A DNA stretch of 64,000 nucleotides from Lingula anatina (taxonomy: Eukaryota; Animalia; Brachiopoda): NCBI GenBank assembly GCA_051362555.1, contig CM120646.1, positions 6,200,001-6,264,000 on the forward strand, written 5' to 3'. Below are positions 13,126 to 24,808 of the stretch, one piece after another. Under the pieces are notes generated by a model that searched no databases, was not told the origin of the DNA, and worked only from the letters and a program-made list of their open reading frames with translations. How positions within the stretch are numbered: position 1 is the stretch's first letter; each line of letters opens with the position of its first letter. The translations under genes were made by a program, and so were the position numbers.

Positions 13126-14483
13126 TGAATAAATAAATAAATAAAATAAAAAAGGTTAAATTACTAAACCAAGACCTTGTTTCATAACAGGTATTCAAAA
13201 TAAATTGCAATGTGATTTAACAGAAGGTGAATAGGCCTACAATGCAATAGCATATTGTAATCAATTCAAAATTAATTTTCGTCTCACAAGAGAGAAAGAA
13301 AAAATGTTACCTATTCAAACCCAAGTGTGTTTTTATGTGTGTACTCACCAGCAATCAGTCCCACTGGAGAGGGGGGAGTGGTCGGACTTCTTACTTCATG
13401 GTCAACTGACAACACCTGAGTAGCTCTCCCTGATGATAAGTTCTTGTCTTTAATCCCATTTATTTTTGATTTTGTCTGGTCTGTTTTTCTATCTGTCATG
13501 GGTGTTTTCTTGTTGGTTGCGGTGCCATTTATCTGTGGTGATGACTTGTTGTTTGAAGCACCATTTGTGGTGCCATCTATCATGGGTGGTGTCCTGTTGT
13601 TCATGGTTCCATCTATCATGGGCGGTGTACTGTTGTCTATGGTGCCATCTATTATGGATGGTGTCCTGTTGTTCGTGGTGCCGTCTATCATGGGTGGTGT
13701 CCTGTTGTCTATTACTGGTACTGTCATGGTGCCATCAATCATGGGCGGTGTACTGTTGTTCATGGTGCCATCTATCATGGATGGTGTCGTGTTGTTCACG
13801 GTGCCATCTATCATAGGTGGTGTTCTGTAAGTCATGGTGTCATCTATCATGGATGTCTCATTGTCTTTGGTGCCATCTTTAGCTGTTGCTGGTGTTCTGC
13901 CAGTCGTGGCATCCATAATTGGTGTCCATTGTGTCTTTTGATATCTGGTTCCATCTATCATAGTATAAAGTGGTGTTGTGCCTGTTGTGGCCTCTATCAC
14001 TGGCAATTCCCTGTTGTCTATGGTAGAGGCCATCACTGATGATGTGCTATCTGGAGTTATCCCGGTTAACAGGGCTGCCTGCATTGTGCTGATGGTTTCT
14101 GTGTTGCTTACATTACCTTTAAACCTGTTATCTTTAAATTCAGTGTTGCTGGGGACCTTTTTATTGTTGGTGTTGCTCTTGTAGAACTTGATGAAGGAAA
14201 AAACAACAGCAGTGCCAGCAGAACTACCTGTGGGACCTTTCATTGTGGGCACACTGGTGGTTAGTATGTTGACCTGTTGAGTTGGAGCTGCACCATGATT
14301 TAAAGGTGCTTTGTGGATGGAAGGTCTTTGTATAGAAGGTCCTATCTTACTAAATGGTATTTGGTGAACGCTGGTGTGTGCTGGAGTAGTGGCTGGCACA
14401 TTGCTATAGGTGTGACATTGAGAAATCTGTTGTGACAAACACAATGTGGTGATTGCAATCCAAATGATATCAATCATGTTCAT
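11424..14483 (-). CDS. Orphan type-I single-pass membrane mucin-like glycoprotein (~553 aa) with 12-aa MIDGT tandem repeats
   Basis: Exons: 14483-13349 (signal peptide MNMIDIIWIAITTLCLSQQISQC; T/S/P-rich ectodomain), 12924-12826 (TM YIIPTVGVALTVSALGAILFVYI followed by RRR stop-transfer), 12245-12061, 11666-11424. Introns are GT-AG with compatible phases. The last two (cytoplasmic) exons are less certain. Confidence 0.72.
13565..13855 (-). repeat. Coding minisatellite, 36-bp unit (PPMIDGTMNNRT consensus)
   Basis: About 8 tandem units of GGTGCCATCTATCATGGGTGGTGTCCTGTTGTTCAT-like sequence. Confidence 0.9.
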
Positions 14484-15601
14484 ATTTTTGTTTGCTTGTT
14501 TTTTAGGGGTTTACTAAATGAAAAATTGTCAGATGTCCTTGAAATCATAAAGGATAAGTTCCAAAAGAATTCATTCTGAGAAGTCTCTATTCTGGAGCAT
14601 CTATCTTAACCTGTACTTAGACTTCAGAGCCATAATAAACAGCATGTCCAATGTCTAAGAGCCATTCTGAACAACTGTGTATTTATACTACCCCATAGGC
14701 AGCTCTGTGCAGGATGTCTGGATGCTGAAAAAGTGGATACCCTGTTTAAACAATTACTCATAACAGACAAGGGGGATTCCACACCACCATCCCCCCCCCC
14801 CCCCAAAAAAAAAAAAAAAAAAAAAATAGCGTAAATAAATATTATAGTTTCAGGGGTCACTTTAATATTTCTTCTGTTATCAGTATCCTCCTGCTATCTA
14901 CAGTATCCTAGACTTCTGAAATTCTGGATGCACAAAAAAGACACCAGCTTTAAACTAATTTTGTGCTCTATAAATATTCTGATACCCTGTATCAGCTGAC
15001 GTACAGTTACTGAGTGATACTACATGTAGGAGATGGTTCAATTTTAGGTATTTAATTCTGTTACGTACTGTACTCACAGCAGGTGAATGAGGCAAATGTA
15101 CAATATTATACATGTTATTATCAGACTGAGGTCTTTAAATGACTATGTAGTTACTTCACGAATAACGATGGGCCCACATGCACATCATGTGCAACATGTT
15201 TGTACTAGGGTCTTTTGACTTTTCTAGTATCTAAACAGTCATAATATTAAGTTGTGACAAGTGATGAATTATTACATCACAACGCTGCAATGGGCTATAT
15301 CGTGGCCTCCTTTTGATCAACGCTTTTACAAAAAAGAATGAAAGATCTTTAACCCACCTGTGAATCTGATTGTCCCGCCACAGCCTCGCTGTGAATCCCC
15401 AGGTCACAGAGGTCATTCCGGTTGTGATTGTGTCACTTGCGTGAAGAGGGCTCACCTAAAGCAATCACGACACTGATGCTCGAAAGAGCCGACTTCTGAG
15501 TAAAATTTAAAATAGCGATGCTAAGAAAAAACGGTGGTCTTTTTTTCTCAAATTTGATGTAAAGAGGCGTCCTTGCATTTTCGTTTAGCACGTCAAAAGT
15601 A

Positions 15602-17532
15602 GGGGAGAGCGGGGTTGGTTGGAACAGTTTTCACGTTTTTTGCGATATCTCAGCAGTCAAAGCTTTGGGGACAAAAATAAAAAATCTGATAGGGGAAAAT
15701 TATATGCCGCACTCATCTATGAAATAAAACATCAAGTAGGTCTTTTTATTTTAGAGTTATAAATGCTCAAAGTTGCCTCCTAAAACGTTCCATCTCACCC
15801 CACCCGCGGGGTCAGTTGGAACAGGCAGTGGGGTGAGTTGGAACAAGAGGGCGAGTTGGAACGCTTGCATATAAATTCAAAGTATAATTCATTTTAAGAG
15901 TAGGATTATCTATATTAATTTCCCAACAAGTAAGTGTTACTTTGTATTCGTATCTCCATAGTTTGTAAGCATTTTTTACGTTTACAATTTGCTTTCAAAT
16001 AGTCTTTTCGATGTATAAACCATATCCAGTTACACTTCATTTCATAATGATAACAAAAGTGGTGTAGTTTAAGAGAAACGAAATTGAACTCATATATTTC
16101 AACCTATTAATAACAGTATGTTAGACCTACAAATGAAAACTGTATCTCTTTCAACTCAACAACTCAGAATCAAAATCGCAGTTCTGACATATGTACACTC
16201 GGTCACCCTTACAGTCTTCATGTGACCACTTTAGACAAACAATGCATTTAACCCATTTCTCTTTTGGTCGGCTGTTAATGAACGGCTCCCCACAAACCAG
16301 ACATGGCCACTCTTCTTCTGACACAGAATCGCTGGTCATCTTTAATTTCCTTTTTCTTGATTTTCTCTATCGACTAGAAATCTTTAACTGTTTTTTATTT
16401 TTGTTGCGCTTGTCCTTTTTAATTTTGTTGGGCTTGGCCTTTTCTTTTTCGAGTAGCTCATTTTCAGGTGTGTCAGTTAGTACTGCACTGCATCGTTTTC
16501 TTCTTTTAATCTTTGGACTGCGACGGTGAGCCTCTGGACTTGAGCTGTTTTGGGGTTTTCTTAAGTGCGCTTTAGTGTGTTGTAGCACCTCTTCCGGTGA
16601 GGGCAACTGAGATTTCAACTGAATCTTTGCCTAAGTTACGAGGTGAATGTTTGTCTTTTCTGGCGGATTTTGTACCCTCGTTCACTAAACATTGACAGCA
16701 ACCCCCAATCCATTACACAAAGCATTTAAAACAATATCGGCAGAATTGGTGTTGTATAGTTTATCCATAACATAGGCTCTCAGCTAGAATATTTTCATTT
16801 TGCCGCGAAAAGCAGAGTAATAATCGACATTTCCTTCCACATTTAAAAGCAATTTATCGCAAAAAGCAACAGTGGGCATGCAGACCCCTATTCGACCAAA
16901 CAGCTAGCAACTGCATTTAACAAGCAGTGACCATCCCCCCTTGTATCTTCTAAACGCATGTACATTCCGGCATCATGGAGATGTTCTATCAGCTAGATTC
17001 CGTCTCCAGTTGGAGTTGTACTGGGTTACTACGTTACTACTCTCTTCAAAGTTGAAATTAAAATATTTAGAGAGGTTTAAAAAAATGAAAAACACCGTGC
17101 GGGGTGGGTTGGAACACCCCTGACAGTGTTCCAACTGGCCCCATGTCAAATGTTCCGACCAGCCCCCATGACGTCATGGCCTACTTATGACACTGTATTT
17201 CTTTAACACGTGGGAAGTGTTTAAAAAAAACGACAGCTTTTTGAACATCAAGGTGGTCCTAAACGCTATGCACAATTTCAGTGATATAATCCTTATACTT
17301 TAGTTTACAGCACGATGAATGTCAAAAATATGAAAACTTACTTCGAGTAGCAAAAATAAGTTTTTTTCGCATAAAACTTTTACTGCATTTTCGAAACTTC
17401 CACAAGTTTACCGGATGAATGACCATGCCACGTGACATTTTTATGCTGAAGGAGCACATGATCGGTCTTGTGGTTTAAGAAATAAAGCCAATGTTCCAAC
17501 TTACCCGCGTTCCAACCCACCCCGCTCTCCCC
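15602..17532 (-). mobile_element. Non-autonomous pogo-like (Tc1/mariner superfamily) DNA transposon with decayed OTU-like and PHD-finger coding remnants
   Basis: TIRs GGGGAGAGCGGGGT(T/G)GGTTGGAAC, flanked by TA on both sides (15600-15601, 17533-17534). Subterminal GTTGGAACA repeats at both ends. Internal minus-strand remnants RRKRCSAVLTDTPENELL and CLVCGEPF..WVKCIVCLKWSHEDC..YICQNC resemble pogo transposase C-termini. Confidence 0.8.
16151..16985 (-). pseudogene. Frameshifted OTU-like protease / basic linker / PHD-like zinc finger ORF inside the pogo-like element
   Basis: 16980->16686 reads LHDAGMYMRLEDTRGDGHCLLNAVASCLVE*, then after a frameshift ...NVDYYSAF...*LRAYVMDKLYNTNSADIVLNALCNGLGVAVNV*. 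16618->16151 holds the linker and a C4HC3-like finger. Contains stops and frameshifts. Confidence 0.65.
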
Positions 17533-18589
17533 TACACAATTTGTAATAATAAGATCATTATTATAGATAAATTACACCGCGGTTAAAAATAGGTTGTCTT
17601 CTTTTTTGTCTAGCAGAGACCTTGATAAAAAATCCCTTGGCCTTATTTTCAAGCTTCTTAAAACACTTGTTGCCACGATAACGAGAAAACCCCGAATTTG
17701 GACAATTTATCGTTTTTTAAATCGTGAGTCAGAAGCCTTCAAAAGTTTGTAAACTTTGTAAATAACGAAAATGCACTCAAATCTTAATCTGAATAACAAA
17801 TCTTTAAAGTAATATTTTAGAACCCAACATTCTAATAAACACAAGAATTTGCTTAATTTTATTTGTAGACACAAATAAGGGGAAGGGAAAAGTTGATAGC
17901 TTATTTAGTTCATAATGAACATTTTTTATAGCTATAAGACCTAATATATCGGTACAACTGGTAGTCAATCAAATAAAATTTTAGATAAAAAAATAAGACA
18001 GGAAACCAAAGTCTGTCATATTCCAACCATTTAAAAAATTGCTCCATATTTAAAAAAAATGCTCACTCAAGAGCGTAGAGATATATTAAGGATTTACTGA
18101 TAAGGGGTGAGGAGGGGGGAGCGTCAGTCACTTTTAATTGTAGCCTCATCAGGTCACTTTATTACAGTTCGTTGGTGTGTGTGTACCATTATTTTCCACA
18201 TAGTTTGCATTGTGACGTATATTTTGTTAGTATTTGAAAGTTTGGTGATAAAAAAAATTGGTGAAAATTGAAATGATCACCAAATATCAAATAAACAGCT
18301 TTTCCATAGGGGATTCATTGTTTGGAAGAATACACCTTTTTAATTTTCTTCTATTCTCATGAAACTTTCACCTGCAAACGAGCAAAAAGTGCCAGTGTAT
18401 CCTCTAATTAGGCATACTACAAGATAAAAATCAAATACTCAAATAAAAAAAGATTTATAAAGTTTTGTAGGGGGAGTCAAAATTCCATGGGGGGGGGGGG
18501 GGACTCAGATTTTCATTATAAAATTTTGACTGGGGAGTCATCTTTTAGGGGAGTCAGATTTTCATGGTACACCGGAAATAGGCCCTAAA

Positions 18590-19340
18590 ATGGAAACAGG
18601 ATCAAGCAGAGCTTCTAGCAATAGGAATATCAAACAAAGAAGCTTACGCATTGAAAACAGGAAGTTAAATATCCTTGACAAGACAAAGGAAAAGGGTGGA
18701 CCCTTTACTTCTGAGGAGGAATTTGATTACTACTTGAAGACAACCAATAAGATAGTAAGGAAAAGACACAAAGGATGAGGGACGAAGTCACATACGCTAG
18801 AGACACACCCTTATCACTGCCAAAATGTAGTCCTGTCTTTCGGATATTCAATACTGATGGAAGTAAGAGAAGGATGTTAACTCCAGAACAGTTTGGAATG
18901 AACTTGAAAAAGTTGTTGGGAAAAAAGAAAGAAAGATAGGCCTACACCATAACGCTAACTGACTTAGGCTTCCAAAAAGCATTGAATTCTTAGTGAATTG
19001 AATTCTTATTGAATTCTTGTCTTTTTGAACTTATTATGGATCATTATCCAGGCGTTAGAACATTCAGTTTAGTTTTCATATGTATTTAGTCAGAATTGTT
19101 AGTCACAATGAAATTTGTGTTAAAATGTAAGCAAAAACATTGATATGAAAAACCATCATATCTTACAAAATAAGCATTTTTAGCGATTTTTCTCCAAAAT
19201 ACTAAAACCCGAGTAGCAGCTCTGATAATAGAGATAACCTAATTTTTTTTTTTGAGTTTGTTTTTAAGATGTATAAGCATCTTTTTAGGTGGTTTTGACA
19301 CGGTTTGGGGGAAAAAGGTTATCTAAGGACCCCCCCCTAG
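18590..19340 (+). pseudogene. Decayed transposase-like C-terminal fragment with one possible element end near 19340
   Basis: Frameshifted coding-like stretch KGGPFTSEEEFDYYL / RMRDEVTYARDTPLSLPKCSPVFRIF...LTPEQFGMNLKKLLGK at 18590-18990. No introns or upstream gene; partner TIR not found; superfamily unassigned. Confidence 0.45.
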
Positions 19341-19717
19341 AGAGAGAGAGATAAAGGTAAGCTTCAAACAGGCTTGAAAAGTTTACAAAGCCTAGATCAC
19401 GTAAACTGCGGGTATTCCCCTATTGTATGGCGTCTGAGCGGAGGTAGACGGTAGCCGTGCGAAATCGCACGTAGTCGTACTAATTTAAGGAAAAAAAATC
19501 GTATAGACAATTTCATCGCATGGCGCCCGTGTAAATGTGATTTAGGCTTAAGCAAAATATGTTAACTCTTGTAGTTTTAAACCTGAATATTGACAATAAC
19601 TTGCAGAAAGGGAGAATGCCTTTTTTAACATCATTTAGCCTTATTTTTCATGCTTTGTGGTAGTTTGTATGAAATAATGCCTTTTTCTTTTGATATGTAC
19701 ACTTATGAATGACAGTA

Positions 19718-22368
19718 AAGGATGAGTGCCAATAAGAGGGTAAAAGTGCCCACCTTTGTACATGAAAAATAAATTGTGAATAAATGGGAAAAATTGATGC
19801 CAAATTAAAGTTGGGGTCTTACACTTTTATGATCCACTTAAAATTTTTTTTTGGAATTTGAAATATAAAAAATTAAGATCAAAATGACCTTGTCAAATAT
19901 TCATGAAAATGTGTGTTTTAGGGGGGTTCTGAAGAACAATGCTACATATCTATAGTAATAGTAAGGTGACAACTGTGAAATTTTGTAATTGAATACAGCA
20001 GGTGCCCGTGTAAAAAAGAAAGGCAATAAGTGGCCAATCATTGTTTGTATCAATATTTTGATTGCTTTATTCGTACATGTAGTGCTGATTGAAAGAGAAT
20101 CTCACAGTGACTTGAGGATAAAAGATGTTCATTTTTTATATAAGCCCCTGCCTCAGACAAGGTAATTTTTCACAGTTGAAAAGACATGAATATAAGGTGA
20201 GATATATGTGAAAATCAGCTTGTCTGAGGGTTGGGCTTGATATGTACTCAAACTAAATAGGGGCATTTTCAGTCCATATGCCAGCAGTTGGCCATGTTTA
20301 TTCCTGCCATGAGGTAGCTGCTACATGCTTACATAGGATGGCTAGGCAGATTCAGTGAATCTTTTGTACAAAAACAACACCCCCCCCCCCCCAAAAAAAA
20401 AAAATGTAGGACTTTGAAAGGAAAATAAGAGTTAGAGTCAGGAAAAATATTTTCAATTGCAACCAAAATAACAAAAGTCATTTTCATGTAATGCATATGC
20501 TATCAAAAAAAAAAAAAAAAAAAAAAAAAAGGATAGGAAATAGAGTCCAAATACAGTAAGTATATCTTTTTTCCATTCTTATTTCTTAGGATTAAGAAAG
20601 ATTAAATGGAAAATGTGCTTCAGATATTCAAAGTTATATTAATTATCATAATAGCAGATGTACATTGTGGTACGTGGGTCCTACTTTATATAGTGACCCA
20701 TGCTGTAATAGACCCCTACACATAAGGGTGGCTTGACCCAACCCCCTCTAATGGGCATGAAAGCATATTTTGTACAACCAAAATTGTTGTATCCCCTTTT
20801 ACGTCTATTTTGCATAAAAAGTAAAATAAAAGGCTCCATCACACACACCCTAGTTTTGTTACTTACATGTATGACCTAATCTTCTACACCAGCACTATTC
20901 ATAATAGCTTTGTAGAGTTTTTTTTTTCTTTTATTTATCACCAAATGCTATGAATGGCTTTATTTTTCAAGGAGATCAGTGAAAACCTATTGACTTGGTA
21001 AATAGTCCAAACAAGAGACCAACAGCCTATAATAATTACCAGAAGTTTACCAGATAAAGCAAGCTAGCCAATATACTGATGAGCATCTGCTACATGTAGA
21101 TGGCCAGTTTGAAATCAGTGTATGCAAGGATGCACCTGATTTAATCAGAGCCAAAATAGTTAATTAAGGCTAAGATCTCTGTTTATTAGATCTTAGATTA
21201 AGGCACACATCTAGCCACCAGTACACATTATGGATTCAGACTTCCCATAGCAAAACTAGACCCATCAGTGGCTGGTACTGCCAGTGTAAAGCAGGTTCCA
21301 AGACAGTTGGAAGTTGTGCACATATCACTTCAGTCCTGTGGTATATGGGGTTTGCCATGAGGCAGGGATACAATCAAAAATTATGTTGTGGAGAAGGCTG
21401 TTTGGATGCTTTGCATTTACCAACATCAAGTGGTAACAGTATTAGCGAGACAGAGAGTGTTTTGGACAGCACATCTGATTAATTGTCTATTGTTTCTTAT
21501 ACATTTTCTATTCTAATATTTGTATATTTTGTATAAATTACTCTTGCATTGCATTCTATACAAGGTCTTTACCACATACATAATCATATATGAAGTACTT
21601 TTTAGGTGATTTTTAGATTATTGGCCATAACTGTTATTATGTGTACTATATTTTCATTCAGTTTTTACTTTTATCTTATCATTATTTTGGTACAATTTAT
21701 ACCTTGTTTATTTTATGATTAATGGAAACATTCCAAATAGCTGTTTAGGGTGCTTTTACACATGATTTTTTGTTGTTACTATAACAGCCTTTTGCTTTTA
21801 GCATTTTTTACTATTCCTTAGAGCCTTTTACAAAATGTGTATTGGTTAACAATACAATTATTTAGACCAACAAATGCTGGTCTGTGAGAAAAGTTATATA
21901 AAATTAATAAATACACTGAAACAAGTTTTCCTAGTTACAAGACTATTATATAGTTAAGTGAAATCAGTGATGGCTTCTGCGAGAAAATACCATAATACAC
22001 CACCCCTCCCTCTCTTCTCTAGGATTAAAAAAAAAAAAACAATTACTTTCCCATTTACTTGTGCCACACCACAAGTATTTAACATATAACTCTTTTTTAC
22101 ACACCAGGACAAGTTTCATTAGGAAAAATCATGTATGTAATATATATGCTGAAACAAGTTGCTCTGATTCATTAGACTGCATACAACAGGTAAATCTGGC
22201 TACCCCCCCCCCCCCACACATATAACTCATTAAAAATACTAAGTTACGAAGCCTCAAACCAAATAATATTTTTTCACCCAACAAATGTATGCATAAACTT
22301 TATAATATAAAATTATTTTAAAAATTTGACGATGGGCACTTTGCCAATGGTTATCAGCACTCGTCCTT
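19718..22368 (+). mobile_element. Old ~2.65-kb TIR DNA transposon of the PIF/Harbinger-ISL2EU group with a SWIM-finger transposase C-terminal relic
   Basis: Imperfect TIRs AAGGATGAGTGCCAATAA..AAAGTGCCCA at 19718 and the inverted TGGGCACTTT..TTATCAGCACTCGTCCTT ending at 22368. Internal remnant at 21045-21362 reads VYQIKQASQYTDEHL...DLIRAKI / RHTSSHQYTLWI...ISGWYCQCKAGSKTVGSCAHITSVLWYMGFA (CxC-x9-CxH SWIM). Confidence 0.7.
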
Positions 22369-23915
22369 ACTCTTGATTACAATTAAAGTCTTAAATATAG
22401 TTGATTTAGAGACTCAAAAGTCCTTGAATTTGTTCTCTGACAAAATTGTCATTGTTTATTCAATTAGGGAACACGGCTCGTAAAATGTTCAAATAAAAAA
22501 AAATCGACATAATTATTGCTTGCCTTTATTTAAAACAAAACCAGACTGAAATTCATGATGAGAACCTAAGTAAACGTAAACTATACAGCATAGCTGGCAA
22601 ATATACAGACACCAAACAGCCAAAAAACATTTGAAAAGTATTTACAAAAAAAAATCATAATTTTTGTAAAAATAATCTGCTCCTTCTGATTTGCACAAGG
22701 AAGCCTTTTCTTTAAATTAAATCAAGTTACTGGGTTAATTTTAAGTTAAACAGAAATACATTTTGGCAGATTTGAGACGGCGACAGCAACAGTGAAAAAA
22801 GACCAGTGTACAGTACCAAGAACATATACAACACATGCAATGTCTGTATATAAAAATCAAAATTTAATATAAATTTATTTAAATAAATTTAACTGTTTTT
22901 TTACTTTCTCATGATTCTATTAACCTTATGTAGAGGTCAATTTTATCAATAATTAGTTAAAGCTTAAATGTGGAAGAACAGTATAACCACAAACTCTAAA
23001 TTTTCACAGAAATTTAAAAACCAGTGATACTGCAATTTCAAAAAGTATAAGTTTGACAAAAACATTGAGAGATGCAATTCAACTAACTGAGAATACTCAT
23101 AACATGGAATGAGTGTGGATTCTTTAATTTGACACAATTATGGTACAACCCTGTATGTTATATGTGCACATATTCTGAAGTAGATTTTCTACAAAGAAAC
23201 ACTGAGTGAAGGTGTCATTTGGGAATTCCTTTGACAGTTGACTTTCAAATAAAATTTTAAAATAAAAAGGGGCTACAATAGGGGGAACCAATAAATCAAT
23301 AAATTCACTAAATGCCTTATTACCTTACTAGCCAGGCAGACTGTGTACAACCAGATAAAAGACATTGTGATATCTGGTTTTTCAAAGAAAAAGAGATCCA
23401 ATTTTGTCAAGTCCCTACCCAAAGAGCATAAAGTACATGTGTTCAATCTAGCTGTTTAGTTTTCAGGAAATAAACCTTCAGAGTATAGTCCTAAAATGTA
23501 AATGGTATTCAACTCAATACGAGAGATGGTCACCAAGAGACTCTCTCTCTTTCTCTCTCTCTATATATATACATATATTTTTTTTTCAGTAAACTTTTAA
23601 GTCTAGGAAAGTTCATTCTAAAGCAACCCTTTGTCAGCTTATTGCTATGAAAGTTAAGGTACCAAGTGTTATAATTACCCATGCTTCATCATACCCATTT
23701 CCGAAAAAAAAAAAAAAAATGTCTGCAAGCATTTTTAACCATTCTTGTGTAAAATATACCACATACCATGACTTCTAACATACACATAAACACATGCACT
23801 ACTGAGATCTGTCCACATTATCCATACACAACTACTGTATTCACCAGATGCCCATTTTATGTACATTATCCTATAAATATATGCAAATCAGTATAACTAA
23901 AATTACAATAAAATG

Positions 23916-24063
23916 CAGGGCCGTAGCCTGAGCAAAATGCCAGGGGGGGCAGTAAGCGGACACGAGGGGGCGAAGCTACCGAGGGTGGAGGGTGTGGTGT
24001 GTAAAATTCCAAATTCCAGGGGGTGCAGCTGCCCCCCCTGCCCCCCCGGAGGCTACGGCCCTG
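23916..24063. mobile_element. hAT5-like MITE, 5-bp TSD AAATG
   Basis: CAGGGCCGTAGCC...GGCTACGGCCCTG flanked by AAATG. Confidence 0.8.
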
Positions 24064-24558
24064 AAATGGGTAAGATTTCACACCGGCCAACCGCTCTCCA
24101 TTTTATATGGCACTATGCCTTAGGAACTCCTTTATTCCTATCTCACATAAATTTTAGTCTTTTTTTATAATAAAAATACTCAGCTGGAGAGTCTTAGTTT
24201 ACAAAATGTTCCTAGATAAAGAAAAAGATAAATGCCACAACATATAAACCTGCTTTGCTGCACCACAGCTAAAACTGGCCCTATAAATGGAATAGGCGTT
24301 ATCTAACACTACCCGCAGATCTTTTGGCACTTACACCCATACTAACCACAAAACCCACAAATAGTAAAAGCCTAATCCATTTATAAGGTCTCTAAAAATG
24401 CTAGCTATCTGCATTGCCATCAAAAGCTACCAGGGACCCGTTTTGCAACAGAACTTGAAAGACAAAGTTAATCTTAACTTAGTTGGAGACAGAAAATTTT
24501 GGTTCATTTCAGAATATATCCACAGTAGTCCATTGGTGTCAAATTGCTATCTGTCTTA

Positions 24559-24808
24559 GACCCCGTTCAAATTCCTAGATCAATCTAGCAGACTCAACCC
24601 ACCTCTGAGGGGATTCTTGCTAAATTCAGCTCAAGTGGCTAAGATGTCTGGCATGCCTACTGAAGCTGCTAAACGATAGTAAATTACCCCTTACAGTTTC
24701 AGTAGCCTTGCCAGACATCAGAGTGGCTTAAGCTGAATGTAATTTAGCAAGAAACCCCTCGGAGATAGGTCGATCCTACTAGATTGATCTAGGTATGGGA
24801 ATGGGATC
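24559..24808. mobile_element. Palindromic MITE family A, copy 5
   Basis: TTA TSD; same arms and core; followed by four ~28-bp tandem units (24812-24920). Confidence 0.75.

Noticed and set aside
13444-14184. Hydrophobic and Cys/Trp-rich plus-strand ORFs (128, 116 and 68 aa)
   Set aside because: Antisense shadows of the 36-bp coding repeat and ectodomain; the minus frame has the signal peptide and splices to a TM exon.
15451-15600. Possible 5'-UTR exon of the mucin-like gene (minus-strand donor AG|GTGAG at 15455) next to the pogo insertion
   Set aside because: Donor motif alone is insufficient; no acceptor could be assigned confidently.
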